From positions 1 to 64,000 of IMG/VR virus record IMGVR_UViG_3300024999_000080: a DNA stretch of 64,000 nucleotides; one strand, written 5' to 3'. Under the pieces are notes generated by a model. The model made no database searches and was not told the DNA's origin. It saw only the letters and a list, made by a program, of their open reading frames with translations. Both the position numbers and the translations under genes were made by a program. Position 1 is the stretch's first letter; each line of letters starts with the position of its first letter. The DNA is from a virus. Shown here piece by piece: positions 10,487 through 23,172 of the stretch.

Positions 10487-12422
10487 TATGTCATTATTAA
10501 ATATTGAGCAACTATTAAAAGAAATAGAAGAAACAGATTGCAAACTTCCTCCTCATTTTATAGATGGTGAGGAGTATGAAGAGTGGTTAAGAAAAGAATT
10601 AATTAATGACGATGTGTAAATATATAATCTCAATCGAAGCACGCATTTGATAGTTGAAAGGAGAATTTATTATTGAATCAAGAAATAAGTAATTCAACAG
10701 GCTATTTGCTAACAATAGTATTTGGGGTAATTTTTCTTGTAACAATACCAATTAGCACTTATTTGGCTAGGAGAATAAATCGGTGAATTCGAAGGAGTGA
10801 ATATTAAATGCAAGTAGAAATAATTCACACAAATGAACTTAAAAAATCAGAATATGTATGGGCAGTACAAATTTATCAAACTAATGAGTGTCTAGATGCT
10901 TTTCAAACTTATCAAGAAGCAGAAAAATATTGTGAAGAAAATGATTATATTATTAAGAGTTATGGAAAGCGAACTGTTCCTAATGTTTATAATGTTTATA
11001 ATGTGAATTGTAAATTGTAAAATAAATATTTATAAACTATTGACGTATTGGTTGAGGATATGGTATGATATGGGTAAGAAGAAATTGAAAGGTGGAAGAT
11101 AAATGTCAGAGAATCTTAAACCTGAATGTCAACTCACTGGTATTAATGGTAATGTATTTAATATTATTGGAACTGTATCAAAAGCATTAAGAAATGCAGG
11201 ATTAAGAGATAAAGCAGTTGAATTTTCTGATTTAGCTGTACAGCAGGAAAGTTATGACGATGTTTTGAGATTGTGTTTTGAGTATGTAGATGTTTGTTAG
11301 TAAATTGTGAAAGGTGGAATCATCCAATGGACTTAAATACAATCAGTAACCTGACAGACGAAGAATTAAAAATTTGTTTTGATGAAATAGTTGATTATAA
11401 GCAAAATGGAGTTATGTCAGTAGACACTTTGACTAGAAAAGTCAGAAGCAACATTGCGGAGGAAATTAAAGTAAAGTCTTGGGATTTAGGTTGTGATTCC
11501 ACTAGTAATTACATCATGTTTGAAATTGCTAAAAGGCATTACGGAGTATCTTAAATTAGATACTCCTCTCCTTCCTAAGAAAACGAACTTAGAGACATTA
11601 TGGTGCTAAGATAGAATAAATGACGTAATTTATGGGTGAGAAAGGATGAAAAATATACTTAGAAAAGGCGACAATGTAATATTCAATAGACCTTATTGGA
11701 TTCTTACTAAAGGTAATACTAAGGTAGAAGTGTCTATTAAAGAGGGGTTAAAAGCTAAAATAGTGAGATTAAGTGATTGTTTTGGAGAAATGGTATATGA
11801 CTTAGAATTGTTTGATCACCCAACTAAAAATATGTTAATGGTATTTTTAGACCAGTATTATCACGAATAAAAGCATAAGAATTGAAACGTGAATTTCATG
11901 GGAAAGAAATTTAAGGAGATTTTATAAATGAAAATTAGATTATGTCAAAACGAATGTGATAATGGTGAAGTAACTTGTATAGGCTGTGTGCATTATGAAT
12001 CCGGAGATGATAGTGTAGGTCTTAGTGAAGGATGTACACATCCTATTCTTTATGACGAAGATGGAAATATTATTGATGATATTGAAGTATTAATTCTAGA
12101 TTGTTTAAGTAATCCAAAGCATTGTATCCTTATGGAAAGGGATAAAATTAATTTTTAACCGAAAAGGGGTAGTAAATTGGAAGAAGTAGATATTAGAAAA
12201 AGCAAAGCAAAGTGTCCAAAATGTAAATCTATAGATATTATAATTTATGAAAAATGCCTTCATATTCAATCATGGGAACAAAAAGATGGATTCATAGACC
12301 GTAACGAGGGATATATGAATCCAGAAGGGGTAGTCGGTACTTATGGTGAATGTGATTGTGGACATAAATGGAAATTTAGATGTTTACAGATTACTAATTT
12401 ATTTATTGAGGATAAGTTATGA
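10487..12422 (+). other. Small hypothetical ORFs (10487, 10808, 11103, ~11327, 11646, 11928, 12177), several Cys-rich
   Basis: Co-oriented RBS-preceded ORFs. Confidence 0.65.
11040..11069 (+). promoter_or_regulatory. sigmaA-type promoter
   Basis: TTGACG-N18-TATGAT with TG extension. Confidence 0.6.
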
Positions 12423-12528
12423 GTAAAAAATTATTAGATGAAATATGAGTAACATACTTATGTCGGATATTTCAGTACAATCCGAGAAAAATTAAGTTTT
12501 ATGGGAATTAGAAAGAAGGTTTGGAAAA

Positions 12529-13344
12529 ATGGCAAAAGTGACAAAACCTAAAACTCCAAAACAAACTGCCGAAGAACAAGAAGAACAAAACAGACAATAT
12601 CGGTTTAAAGAACTTGTAGATAGACTTCCTTTAATACCAGAACCTACATATAAATTCAATGTAGGGGATAGGGTAGAAATAGGTGCTCTTAAAGATGTTT
12701 ATGTGTTTAATGTTTTCAATGATGGTAAAATATATGAAATTGATTATACCTCCATTGAAAACAATTATGGAAATCCAATAACTCGGACACATCAAAAAAC
12801 GTATACTCCTTGGTTTAATATTAGAAAATTTCAAGAGTATCAAGGTGAACTACTTGTTAAAAACACAGATATTAAATTAAATTATTTTCAAAGCAATATG
12901 AGCGATTTATTTAGTAAAACATATCATTTTGGAATTAATTTTGAACCTGAATATCAACGTGAATTTGTTTGGGAATTGGACGATAAAGTTTCTCTAATTG
13001 ATTCTATTTTTAATAACGTTGACATTGGTAAATTTACATTCTTACATTATGATGATCAGAAATGGACAGAAACAGGTTTTGGATACGAAGTCATTGACGG
13101 AAAACAAAGGTTAAGAGCAATTCTTGATTTCTTTGAAGATAGGTTTACTTATAAAGGAAAGTTGTTTAGTGAATTATCTCATAGAGATAGAAACCATTTT
13201 AAAAACTTTCCTGTCATGGAGGCCGAACTTCACAATTTAACTAGAGAACAAATTTTAAGATATTTTATCATGTTGAATACTGGTGGACGCATTATGGCAA
13301 AAGAACAAATTGAAAAAGTTAAGGAAATGTTAGAAAATATGTAA
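12529..13344 (+). CDS. DUF262 (GmrSD N-terminal/ParB-like) domain protein with SH3-like N-terminus
   Basis: PEYQREFVW, LIDSIF, EVIDGKQRL, FIMLNTGG. Confidence 0.85.
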   Translation: MAKVTKPKTPKQTAEEQEEQNRQYRFKELVDRLPLIPEPTYKFNVGDRVEIGALKDVYVFNVFNDGKIYEIDYTSIENNYGNPITRTHQKTYTPWFNIRKFQEYQGELLVKNTDIKLNYFQSNMSDLFSKTYHFGINFEPEYQREFVWELDDKVSLIDSIFNNVDIGKFTFLHYDDQKWTETGFGYEVIDGKQRLRAILDFFEDRFTYKGKLFSELSHRDRNHFKNFPVMEAELHNLTREQILRYFIMLNTGGRIMAKEQIEKVKEMLENM

Positions 13345-13820
13345 AGAAGGAATGATATTTTATGGACTTACTACGGAGAATAGCAATGTATTTAATTTTT
13401 GTGATGTGTGCCGTACTAATACAATTTTGTTATTATCCTGCTTATAATCTTAATAACCTTTTCGCCAGTTTATTTTTAGCAATTTTCGTTGCAACTGTTA
13501 TTGTATTTGCAAGACCAGATATATTCAAATCAAAGAAAAAATTAGGATAAACTTATTCTTTGGATGGATTTTAAGGAGGTAGAACATTATGCAAATTATT
13601 AATTACATTTTTATACTTGCACTAATTCTAAGTGGAGTTATATCAATGTTCCCTAAGTATCATAAATTAGGTTTAAAACTACTTAAGTACGTTTTGTTTA
13701 CATTCATCCTTTTAAAATTTACTCCAGTTATTTATTCATATATTGACGGATTTGTGAAATAAACATTGATATTGGTATGATGAGGTGTTATATTTAACTT
13801 ATATATAGGAGGTGTTTAAC

Positions 13821-14702
13821 ATGATCAGAAACATAGGATTCGCTTGCATGAGTAAAAAATGCAATACCAAGCACCAAACATTCAGATTGGCATCATTTAG
13901 TGAATACAGATTAAAGCAAGCAATTACTCATAATCTCAAAGAAACTGAGCGAACAATCCAACATTGTATTTCTGAAGGAATTAAATTATTTAGACTAAGT
14001 TCTGATTTAATTCCATTTGCTACGCATGATATTATGAAAGATATTGATTATATGTCTTGGATACAATCTGATCTAAAAAGGATTGGTGGTATAGTAAAAA
14101 ATAATAATATGCTATTATCAATGCATCCTTCTCAAATGTGCTGTATAAACAGCAATAAAGAAGATGTTGTAAATAATTCTATCAAAGATTTGATGTATCA
14201 TTATGATATTCTTAATTCTATGGGGTTGGATAGTTTTAATATTATTATTCATGTTGGTGGTGTTTATGGCAATAAACCGGAAGCAATGAAGAGATTTATT
14301 AATGTATTTAATAGTTTACCTGTAGATTTGAGAAATCATATCTTGCTAGAGAATGATGATAAGAGTTATAATATTAGTGATGTGATGGCAATACACAAGG
14401 AAACTGGAGTTAGAGTTGTGTTTGATTATCATCATCATGTTTGCAATAATGATGGTATAGAATTAGATTTAGAAGCGATATTTGCCACTTGTGGGATTGG
14501 TAATGTGCCTAAGATACATCTTAGTTCACCTAAGAGTATTAAAGAGTTTAGAAGTCATTCTGACATGATTGATTATAAATATTGTAGAGAGTTCTTTGAT
14601 AAGTATAATGGTTTGGAATTTGATGTAATGATTGAGGCGAAGGATAAAGATTTGGCTGTTGATAAGTTTATTGAGGATTATAGGAGGGAGATGAAGAAAT
14701 GA
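13821..14702 (+). CDS. uvsE: UV damage endonuclease UvsE
   Basis: IGFAC, FRLSSDLIPFATH, SMHPSQ, IHVGG, LENDD, FDYHHH, KIHLSS, HSD, MIEAKDKD. Confidence 0.93.
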   Translation: MIRNIGFACMSKKCNTKHQTFRLASFSEYRLKQAITHNLKETERTIQHCISEGIKLFRLSSDLIPFATHDIMKDIDYMSWIQSDLKRIGGIVKNNNMLLSMHPSQMCCINSNKEDVVNNSIKDLMYHYDILNSMGLDSFNIIIHVGGVYGNKPEAMKRFINVFNSLPVDLRNHILLENDDKSYNISDVMAIHKETGVRVVFDYHHHVCNNDGIELDLEAIFATCGIGNVPKIHLSSPKSIKEFRSHSDMIDYKYCREFFDKYNGLEFDVMIEAKDKDLAVDKFIEDYRREMKK

Positions 14703-17700
14703 AAATCATATGTAATGAAAGTGAAAAGAAATGGTTAATAAAAGTATTAGAAAAAAGTGAATATGGATGCCCTAGATTACATTCATTGTCTAGATGTTTA
14801 ATACAGGCAACAGCAACAGAAGGATGTTTGCCATCAACTTTTGAAAATTGTATAGTTAATCAAATAGAATTCGTAATAACTTAAAGTGTGGTTTGATTTG
14901 GTAGAGAAAAGGAGTTGGGTATTATGAAATTTATTGCTAATGTTTTAGTAAAAATTGAAGTGGAAGCAGATTCAGAAGATTTTGCAAAGGAATTGTTAGA
15001 AGAAAGAATAGATGGATTATTTTTGGATATAAAGGGCTGTAATATTGAAAAAGGATGCTATTCATTGAAGTCAATTGGACAAAGAGTAATGAATATTCAA
15101 AAGGATAATTTACGATTCGTGTTGAAACTAAAGGATTCAGAATTATATTTAAATTCAAGTGAAAATGGAGTTAATTCTTACACAAATGATATTAATTTAG
15201 CTTTTGTATGGAAGTGTAATACCAACATTAGTGAATTGAAAATTGATGAAGATATGTATGAAATAGTTAAGATTTAGTACATGAAGGAGTTGAAATAACT
15301 TGGCAAAAAATAGTATCGACCTTAGAATCATCACAGAAAATCTAATGTTCGGAGGAATTAAAAATCATCAAGAATTTGAAGAATTGATTAAAGGCCACTG
15401 GGAATATAGAAAAGGCAAGACTGTGGACGATGTCACTGAAGCAATAGAAAAAGGTTTAAAGATGGGTCATGGTAAGGCTGAGAGGGAAGTTGAATGTGCT
15501 ACTATGTATTTGGAAACTGTTTTTAAGAAGGTTAAGGTTGTTAAAGTAATTTTGAAGGAGGACGATTAAAATGAAAATTGATCTAAATTTGCAAAGTGAT
15601 AGTTATAATTCACATTGTGAAGAGTTAACTATAAGTTTTGAAGTTATTGAAGATAAAGACTATGTATGGATTCAGCTTGGAGATAGGGAAGTTGGAGTTA
15701 GCAGAGAAGAATTTAGGAAATTGTTGGCTATTGTTTAATTTCAGAAATGTCTAGATTTAATCTAATTGTAAAGGAGAATATTATGAGTACAAGATGGATA
15801 GGAAGAATGACAAGACTAGCAGGTGATCAATCTACAGAGTATTTATTATGTGGTGAAAAATATATTGATTATTTAGCTATAATTGACGAAGATGAAAAAG
15901 GATATTTTTATCCACGGCTTCATAAAGTTTTATTAGACAAAACTTTAGGGAAAGATGAATTAATGACCGCATGGGCAACAAATTTAGCAAGTGCAAAGAA
16001 AATGATTTGTATGGACAATGGTTGGAAAAGTAAAGATTTTATATGGGAGAAAGAAGAAATTTAAGGATGTGAAAACATATGTTCAATGTAAAAGAATTTA
16101 ATGATTCAAGACTAATTGAACTCTGTAATGATATATATGATTGGGATACAGGAAATGGTGATATACCTGAAAATTCTAAATTAAAAAGTTTAATTTCTGC
16201 TCATTTTTCTGGTTATCCCAACGCTTATTATATTAGGGATTTAATTATAAGTGAAGCGTATGAAAGATTTAATAAAGTAGCTAAATTATTAGTAAGAGAT
16301 AAAACATGGTTTATAAAGTAATTAAAACGAGGATTTTGAAAGAGGTTGTTTAAAATGTTAGGAAATTGTAAGATTATAGTTGGAAGTGGATCATCAAAAG
16401 ACGGACGAAAAGGTTTAGCTTTATGGAATAATAATGATGATTATTATGTACAAATATTTGAAACAAAAGAAGAAGTTAATGATTTTATTAAAGAAATAGA
16501 ACAAAAAAAAGATGAGTTATTTACGAACAAATAAAACTAAGATTTGAACGTTTTTGAAAGGAGAATATTTAAAATGAATAAATTTGAAGAAGTATTTTCT
16601 GGAGTAGATATCGATAAACTTATTATGTATGAAATATACATTAATTTCTCTACTCATAATTTTGATGAATTAAAATTTGTATATGATAAAGCGGTAGAAT
16701 ATCACAAAACAATATTAAGTATAAGACATTGCGTTAAAAAGGCGATAAATGATGTTATTTTACAACATAAGAAAGTAGATGATTTTGTTAGGGAATTAAT
16801 AAAGAGTCTTTAAACCTTTGATTTTCTGGGAGCGAAAGGAGGTAACAAGAAGTGAATAAATTAACATTAGCTGAATTCGAGGCAATAGACAGAGTAAAAA
16901 TTAATGCTTTAATATCTTTGCTTGTTAATGAGGATGTTATTAATAGAAAAGAATTTTCGATAATGATAAAAAAGAATATTAATAATCTTGTTGATTGCAG
17001 TAGCAAAGAAAAGATAAAAGCAGAAATTAATATGTTTTTGATGAATCTTTAATATAGGAGGAATTATTAAATGAAATTACTATGATTATTCACATTAAAT
17101 CTTAATAATTACATTAAATTTAACTCTATTTTATTAATAAATAAATATTTAAAGGAGATTGTAATATGTATATGCCGATTTATTGTAGACAATGTGGCGA
17201 ACAATTAATCATAAGTAATATGGGATATGTAAGAGATGTAAACAACAAACCAGTGAGTATCTGTAATAATTGTTCTGAATTGGTTTTAGAGAAATTAAAA
17301 GCAGATAGACTAGTAGAAATTTATAAAGGTAATGCAATATATAAAAAAGATAATGTTTATTTCCCATATTGGGGATGTGCTTATTTTTATAATACCATTG
17401 AAGGCGTAAGAGATAGAATTGATCATCATGATATATCTATTGTTCCGACTGATTTGTTAAGAAAAGCAATAATGGGTGAAGATTTATTATAAATTATGAA
17501 TATTTATATTTGACTTTCCAACTCATTACATGCTATAATGAATATAGAAATAAATATATAAGGAGTGATGAATAAATGGCATCAGGCGAAGGAATTCGAA
17601 GTTTTATACATAAGCATTCATTATCAACAAGTTATAAGATAGTTCCTGAAGGAGATAGGAAAATTAATTATATCCCTGATGAAAAATATGATTGCCCAGT

Positions 17701-18374
17701 TTGTGGCAAGCACAATATTGGTACAGTGATAGGTGGGAACAAATTTTGCCAAGATTGTTTCATTGAATATAATCATATAGGAATATTCTCTATTCAATGG
17801 AATGGTGAATTAGTTCCTTATCATATTAATGAGTTTATAGATTGTGGATAAAGGAGATTACATAAATGAAAAAAGAAAAAGAAGGAACTTTTCTATGGGT
17901 TTTGCAAGAAGTAGCAAAATATGAGGGTGCATTAGCCAGTTGTGCAATTGAAGGGAATGAATTTGGAATAAAGCATTTAGATGCAATTGAGGATATGGAA
18001 TTGGTTGGAAAGTATTTGTATTTGAAGAAAGTGTTTGATTATTTGGAAGAGATGTATAATCCTAAAGAAAAGGAGTAAATTTAATGTATTTTATTACAGG
18101 AATTGAGAAGTTAGATAAAGATTATGGTGTAAAAGGTACTAGATGCTTCGGATATAAGAAAACATGGTTAGAAGCAGATCATTCTGTAAGGGGTAATTCA
18201 TGTGATATTAATGAGACTATTTATGATTATGCTGTAATTGAATTTATTGAATCTGGATTGCATTTTATTTGTGATAAGAGATGGTTTTATAAATTTGATT
18301 ATGATAAGAGAATGTATGAAGCAATAAGTGAACCTGAAGAAGTTAAGGGATTGTGTAATTTTAGTATTGGGTAA
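14699..18374 (+). other. Array of small hypothetical ORFs
   Basis: About 13 co-oriented ORFs of 50-120 aa with RBS; promoter TTGACT-N18-TATAAT at 17510-17539. Confidence 0.65.
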
Positions 18375-18403
18375 GGAGATTCTGTTTTATTATAAAATAA
18401 AGC

Positions 18404-18432
18404 TTGACACAAATTGATAAATAAAGTATACT
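18404..18432 (+). promoter_or_regulatory. sigmaA consensus promoter of the 685-aa operon
   Basis: TTGACA-N17-TATACT. Confidence 0.75.
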
Positions 18433-18491
18433 GAACACAAGGAAAACCAAAGACATTATATGAGTTAAGCATTAAAGGATGTGAAACTAAA

Positions 18492-18515
18492 ATGGGAGTA
18501 AAGATTCATACATAA
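18492..18515 (+). other. 7-codon leader ORF MGVKIHT
   Basis: AAGGATGTGA RBS 7 nt upstream; same layout as 23079..23102. Confidence 0.5.
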
Positions 18516-18583
18516 CTAAACAAATTTATCTCAATCATGAATCATTTTAAATTAAAACAAATTATAATATAAATATTAGGAGG

Positions 18584-20641
18584 ATGAAAGTAATGAATTT
18601 TAATCAATTTAAAGGTTTAATGCAGGAAAATTTCAAACAAATGGTTAAGGATGCTACTCATTTATTTGAGGTTGATTTAGACAAGGAATTATTGTGGAAT
18701 TTGTATCTCGATAGCTTCCCAGAAGGTACTAATCCAATGTTTAGAAATAGACGAGAATTTGATTGTAGTTGTTGCAGACAATTTATCAAAAACATTGGCA
18801 ATGCAGTTATCATTAAAGATAATAAAATTACAACCATTTGGGACTTTGAAACAAATGATTCTACATTTCAACCAGTAATTAATGCTTTATCTAAATATGT
18901 AAAATCAAAAGTTGTCTCAGATATTTATGTTGCTAAAGAGAAAAAGATTGGAACAGATAAGAACTTTGAAAAGGGTGTAAATGGCAGTATTACTGAATGG
19001 CAACATTTTTATCTTGATCTTCCTGACAAATTTGTAGATCGAAGTGGAAAATCAGAAGGGGATATTAAAGGTGGTTTTAGAGACACACGAAATGTATTCA
19101 AAAGATCATTAGATGAAATTACAGAAGAAAGTTTGCTTACTATACTAGAGCTTATATCTCAGAACAGCCTATACAAAGGCGAAGAATGGAAAGCTGTATT
19201 GACTGAATTCCTTAAATATAAAAAGACATATGATAAACTCAAATCTAATAAAGAAAAAGAAAATTATACTTGGGAACAGTCAGTAAAAGTTGGTGGTTCT
19301 ATTGGTAAGATTAAAAACCATTCAATAGGAACATTGCTTATAAATATAAGTGAAGGAATGGATTTAGATTTAGCAGTTAAGAAATATGAAGCGATAGTGG
19401 CTCCTGAATCATATAAACGCAGTAAACCAATTTACACAAAAAAACAACTAGAAGATGCCAAGAAAACAATTATTGAATTAGGATATATGGATTCAATAAA
19501 TGGTCGTAGATTCGCAAATCCAGATGATATTTCTATAAATAATATCTTATTTTCTAATAAAGATTCTGCTAAGAGAATTAGTGGAATGGATATATTCGAT
19601 GAAATGTCAAGTAATATACCGATTAATCCTAAAAAGTTCTCAAAAGTTGAAGAAGTTTCTATTGATAATTTTATTAAAGATATTTTACCAACAGCCAAAG
19701 AACTTGAAGTATTTTTAGAGAATAAGCATTCTAGCAATATGGCATCATTGATTGCTCCTGAAAGTCGAGACCATAAAACAATGTTTAAATGGAGCAATAA
19801 TTTTTCATGGTCGTACTCAGGAAATATAACAGATAGTTCTATGAAAGAAAATGTTAAATCTGCTGGTGGTAACGTTGAGGGTATTTTAAGATTCTCTATT
19901 CAATGGAATGACAATGAATTTGATGGAAATGATTTAGATGCTCATTGTGTCGAACCAAATGGAAATCTAATTTATTATGGGGATAAAATTAATAGTCGTA
20001 CTACTGGTCAACTAGATATTGATATTCAAAGTCCTAAGAAAAATGTTCCGGCAGTAGAAAATATTACATGGACTAATAAAAATAAAATGCAAGAAGGTAT
20101 TTATAAGTTCTTAGTTCATAACTTTGCTCATCGCGGTGGAAGAGGTGGTTTTAAAGCAGAAATTGAATTTGATGGTCAAATATTCTCTTTTGATTATTCC
20201 AAAGAGTTAAGAAATGGTGAAAAGGTTCAAGTTGCAGAAGTTACTTTTAGTATAGACAAAGGATTTAGTATTGTAGAAAAATTACCATCCAATGTTTCTT
20301 CAAGAGAAGTATGGGGATTAAAAACAAATCAATTTGTACCAATATCAGTTGTATGCTTATCACCTAATTACTGGGATAGTCAACATGGACAAGGTAATTT
20401 ACATTATATGTTCATGCTCAAGGACTGTATTAACCCAGAACAGCCCAATGCCTTTTACGTAGAATTTTTGAAACAGGAATTAGTACCACATAGAAAATTC
20501 TTTGAAGCATTGGGAGCAAAAATGGCAGTAAAAGATGTTTCAGATCAGTTGTCAGGGGTTGGATTTTCATCTACTAAAAGAAATGAATTGTTAGTTAAGG
20601 TTAAAGGTAATATGGAGAGAATGGTTAAAATTAAATTCTAA
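18584..20641 (+). CDS. Large phage protein with a C-terminal YfaP/TerD-like domain
   Basis: 685 aa; FDCSCC motif; [16 protein letters not shown]...LDID...VENITW. Confidence 0.55.
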   Translation: MKVMNFNQFKGLMQENFKQMVKDATHLFEVDLDKELLWNLYLDSFPEGTNPMFRNRREFDCSCCRQFIKNIGNAVIIKDNKITTIWDFETNDSTFQPVINALSKYVKSKVVSDIYVAKEKKIGTDKNFEKGVNGSITEWQHFYLDLPDKFVDRSGKSEGDIKGGFRDTRNVFKRSLDEITEESLLTILELISQNSLYKGEEWKAVLTEFLKYKKTYDKLKSNKEKENYTWEQSVKVGGSIGKIKNHSIGTLLINISEGMDLDLAVKKYEAIVAPESYKRSKPIYTKKQLEDAKKTIIELGYMDSINGRRFANPDDISINNILFSNKDSAKRISGMDIFDEMSSNIPINPKKFSKVEEVSIDNFIKDILPTAKELEVFLENKHSSNMASLIAPESRDHKTMFKWSNNFSWSYSGNITDSSMKENVKSAGGNVEGILRFSIQWNDNEFDGNDLDAHCVEPNGNLIYYGDKINSRTTGQLDIDIQSPKKNVPAVENITWTNKNKMQEGIYKFLVHNFAHRGGRGGFKAEIEFDGQIFSFDYSKELRNGEKVQVAEVTFSIDKGFSIVEKLPSNVSSREVWGLKTNQFVPISVVCLSPNYWDSQHGQGNLHYMFMLKDCINPEQPNAFYVEFLKQELVPHRKFFEALGAKMAVKDVSDQLSGVGFSSTKRNELLVKVKGNMERMVKIKF

Positions 20642-20679
20642 AAATAAAATGATAAAATTTGAAGGAGTGTGTATTTATT

Positions 20680-21078
20680 ATGACAAATGCAAATACTGTA
20701 AACATTTTTGAGGTAGCTACTAGAAACATGTATAGGTTCCCATTTAAGGGCATGAGCAATGTTGAAGATATGTGGCAAATTAGTGTTAAAGAATTGGATT
20801 CTGTTTTCAAGGTTTTAAATTCTCAACTAAAGGAAGTACAAGAGGAAAGTTTGCTTGATGTAAGAACTCAGCAAGATCAAGAATTAGATATCAAAATTCA
20901 AATTATCAAATATATTGTTAAAGTTAAGCAAGAAGAAGCAGAAAAGCAATTGCAAGCAAAAAGTCTAAAAGAACAAAAGCAAAAACTTATGGAAATTTAT
21001 GCATCCAAAAAAGATGAAGATTTGCTGAAAAAGTCACCAGAAGAAATTAAAGCGATGATCGATGCGTTAGATAGTTAA
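20680..21078 (+). CDS. Coiled-coil companion protein of the 685-aa gene
   Basis: RBS AAGGAG before ATG; NIFEVATRNMYRFPFKG...VEDMWQI. Confidence 0.6.
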   Translation: MTNANTVNIFEVATRNMYRFPFKGMSNVEDMWQISVKELDSVFKVLNSQLKEVQEESLLDVRTQQDQELDIKIQIIKYIVKVKQEEAEKQLQAKSLKEQKQKLMEIYASKKDEDLLKKSPEEIKAMIDALDS

Positions 21079-21101
21079 GGTTTGATTGATTAGATTGATT
21101 G

Positions 21102-21141
21102 AATAAGTAGGGAGGGATAAATTCTCTCCTTGCTTATTTAT
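21102..21141 (+). terminator. Intrinsic terminator-like hairpin
   Basis: AATAAGTAGGGAGGGA...TCTCTCCTTGCTTATT followed by a T-rich tract. Confidence 0.65.
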
Positions 21142-21399
21142 TAAAATGATACACATTACATAAAATATTAAGGAGATATATAATTGAAAACACAACAAGA
21201 TATTTGCAACAAATTAGTTGAGTTGCAAAAAGAAAGAGATAAAGTAAATAAAGATATTAGGTTTTGTATTGATCAACATAATCATAGTTCTGGTATAAAT
21301 TTACACTATAAAAATCTATTAGAATTATTAAATTTTTATAATGGTAAAATATCTTCTTTGAATTGGGTTTTGGAATCAATATAAAAGGAGAAATGTAAA

Positions 21400-21879
21400 T
21401 TGCTAAGAGATGGAGAACCATGTAGTCATAGAGGTTGTTTAAATCATATCTCACATCCTTGTGAGGGTTGTGGAAGGATCAGAGGAAAGAATATAAAGAT
21501 GAAGGAATATAAGTTTAGAGCATGGGAACCGCTAAACAAGGAAATGATTTATTTTGACGGTTTTATTCCATTTAAAATAAGTGATAAATTTATTGAAGGA
21601 GCTTTGAGTTCACAGAATCAAGAGAAAAGATATTTAACAGTTATGAATTATGATGCTATTGAATTGATGCAATTCGCAGGAGTTGATGACTCAAGAGGGT
21701 TGGAAGTTTATGAAGATGATATTCTAGAAATTTGGATTGATGGTATCAAGCAAGATAATTATTATATTGTTGAAGATTCAAGAGAATTATATCTTGAAAT
21801 GAATAGGGATGATTCTTATTATCGTATATCAAAGATTAAAGTTGTAGGTAATAAGTGGGAAAATCCTGAGTTGGCATAA
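21400..21879 (+). CDS. YopX family protein (second copy)
   Basis: YKFRAW, LMQFAGVDDSRGLEVYEDDI, KVVGNKWENPEL. Confidence 0.85.
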   Translation: MLRDGEPCSHRGCLNHISHPCEGCGRIRGKNIKMKEYKFRAWEPLNKEMIYFDGFIPFKISDKFIEGALSSQNQEKRYLTVMNYDAIELMQFAGVDDSRGLEVYEDDILEIWIDGIKQDNYYIVEDSRELYLEMNRDDSYYRISKIKVVGNKWENPELA

Positions 21880-22421
21880 AACAAATATTTTAAGCTATAT
21901 TTTAGGAGGAAAAATAATGCTATGTCTAAGAAATGAAACTTGTCATAAAGATACGTTATTCTGTTGTTATTCGTGTGAAGTGGTATGCTCAACAAAAAAT
22001 GATTGCAATGATGAAGAATGTATAAACAATCCAAATAGTATTATAAATAAAAAAGAGCAAGATATTAAACAAAAAGACGATATTGAATGGTTACTAAAAG
22101 AATTATTAGAAGCAGGTAAATATGCAGAAGTAGACTTTGAGAAAATTACTGAGGTAGCAAGGCGTAACGGATATGAAATTGATGAGGAATTGGATTTAGT
22201 TGAAATTGATACAGAATAATAAAAGGAGGAAATGAATAATGAGTTATGGACGCAACCCATATTATATTTACAGCAGTGGCAGTGGTACTCTAGCAACAGT
22301 TTGAAAACTATATATTCCCATAAAAAACCAATTTGATAGGAAATAGAAATTAAACTTGACTTATTATATCAATTTATGTTATTATAAATATAGAAATAAA
22401 TATTTTAGGAGGAGAAAATAT

Positions 22422-22973
22422 ATGAAAAAGTATGACGTAGGCTTATTAGTAGGTCGTTTTAATGTATTTCATATAGGACATAAATCACTTGCAGATTTAG
22501 CATTAACCATGTGTGACAGACTATTAATTCTTGTAGGATCTTCACAAGAAAGCGGAACATTGCGTAATCCATTTTATGTATATACGAGAATGGAAATGAT
22601 TAGAGCAATATATCCAGAATCTAATGTGATAATTAAACCATTGCCAGATTTAACAAATGAAAATGATATTACTCCAATTTGGGGTAAATATGTTTTACAG
22701 AAAACTTATGAGATACTTCAAAAATATCCAGATGCTATGATTTACGGGAATGATGAATGTAGGTCTGGGTGGTTTGATCCAGAAGATATCAAAGATATGA
22801 CTGAAATTGTTGTATCTCGTTCTAATATTCTTATTTCTGCCACAGAATTAAGACAACTCATGGTAGATAATAATTGGCAAGAGTGGCGTAAATACCATAG
22901 TCCAGAATTACATCCATATTATTATCCTTTACGATGGGAATTAATGAATTGTGTTGATTATAAAGCTAAATAA
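22422..22973 (+). CDS. NMN/NaMN adenylyltransferase (NadM-like cytidylyltransferase family)
   Basis: GRFNVFHIGH, VGSSQ...RNPF, ISATELR; RBS AGGAGG supports the start at 22422. Confidence 0.85.
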   Translation: MKKYDVGLLVGRFNVFHIGHKSLADLALTMCDRLLILVGSSQESGTLRNPFYVYTRMEMIRAIYPESNVIIKPLPDLTNENDITPIWGKYVLQKTYEILQKYPDAMIYGNDECRSGWFDPEDIKDMTEIVVSRSNILISATELRQLMVDNNWQEWRKYHSPELHPYYYPLRWELMNCVDYKAK

Positions 22974-22990
22974 AATTATTCAAAATGCAC

Positions 22991-23020
22991 TTGACAAACA
23001 ATCAATAAATAATGTATACT
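22991..23020 (+). promoter_or_regulatory. sigmaA promoter of the nicotinamidase-vWA-PP2C-kinase operon
   Basis: TTGACA-N18-TATACT. Confidence 0.7.
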
Positions 23021-23078
23021 TAATACATGGTTAAGTTAAAACATTACATAAATTATTGAAAAGGATGTGAATCAAGAC

Positions 23079-23102
23079 ATGATCAAAGAGGTATATACAT
23101 AA
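23079..23102 (+). other. 7-codon leader ORF MIKEVYT
   Basis: AAGGATGTGA RBS 8 nt upstream; ends ATACATAACTAA like 18492..18515. Confidence 0.5.
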
Positions 23103-23172
23103 CTAATTTACATTGTTCTCTAATCCTTATTAAATACAAAAATAAAATTATAATGAAAGAAGGAAATTAAAA

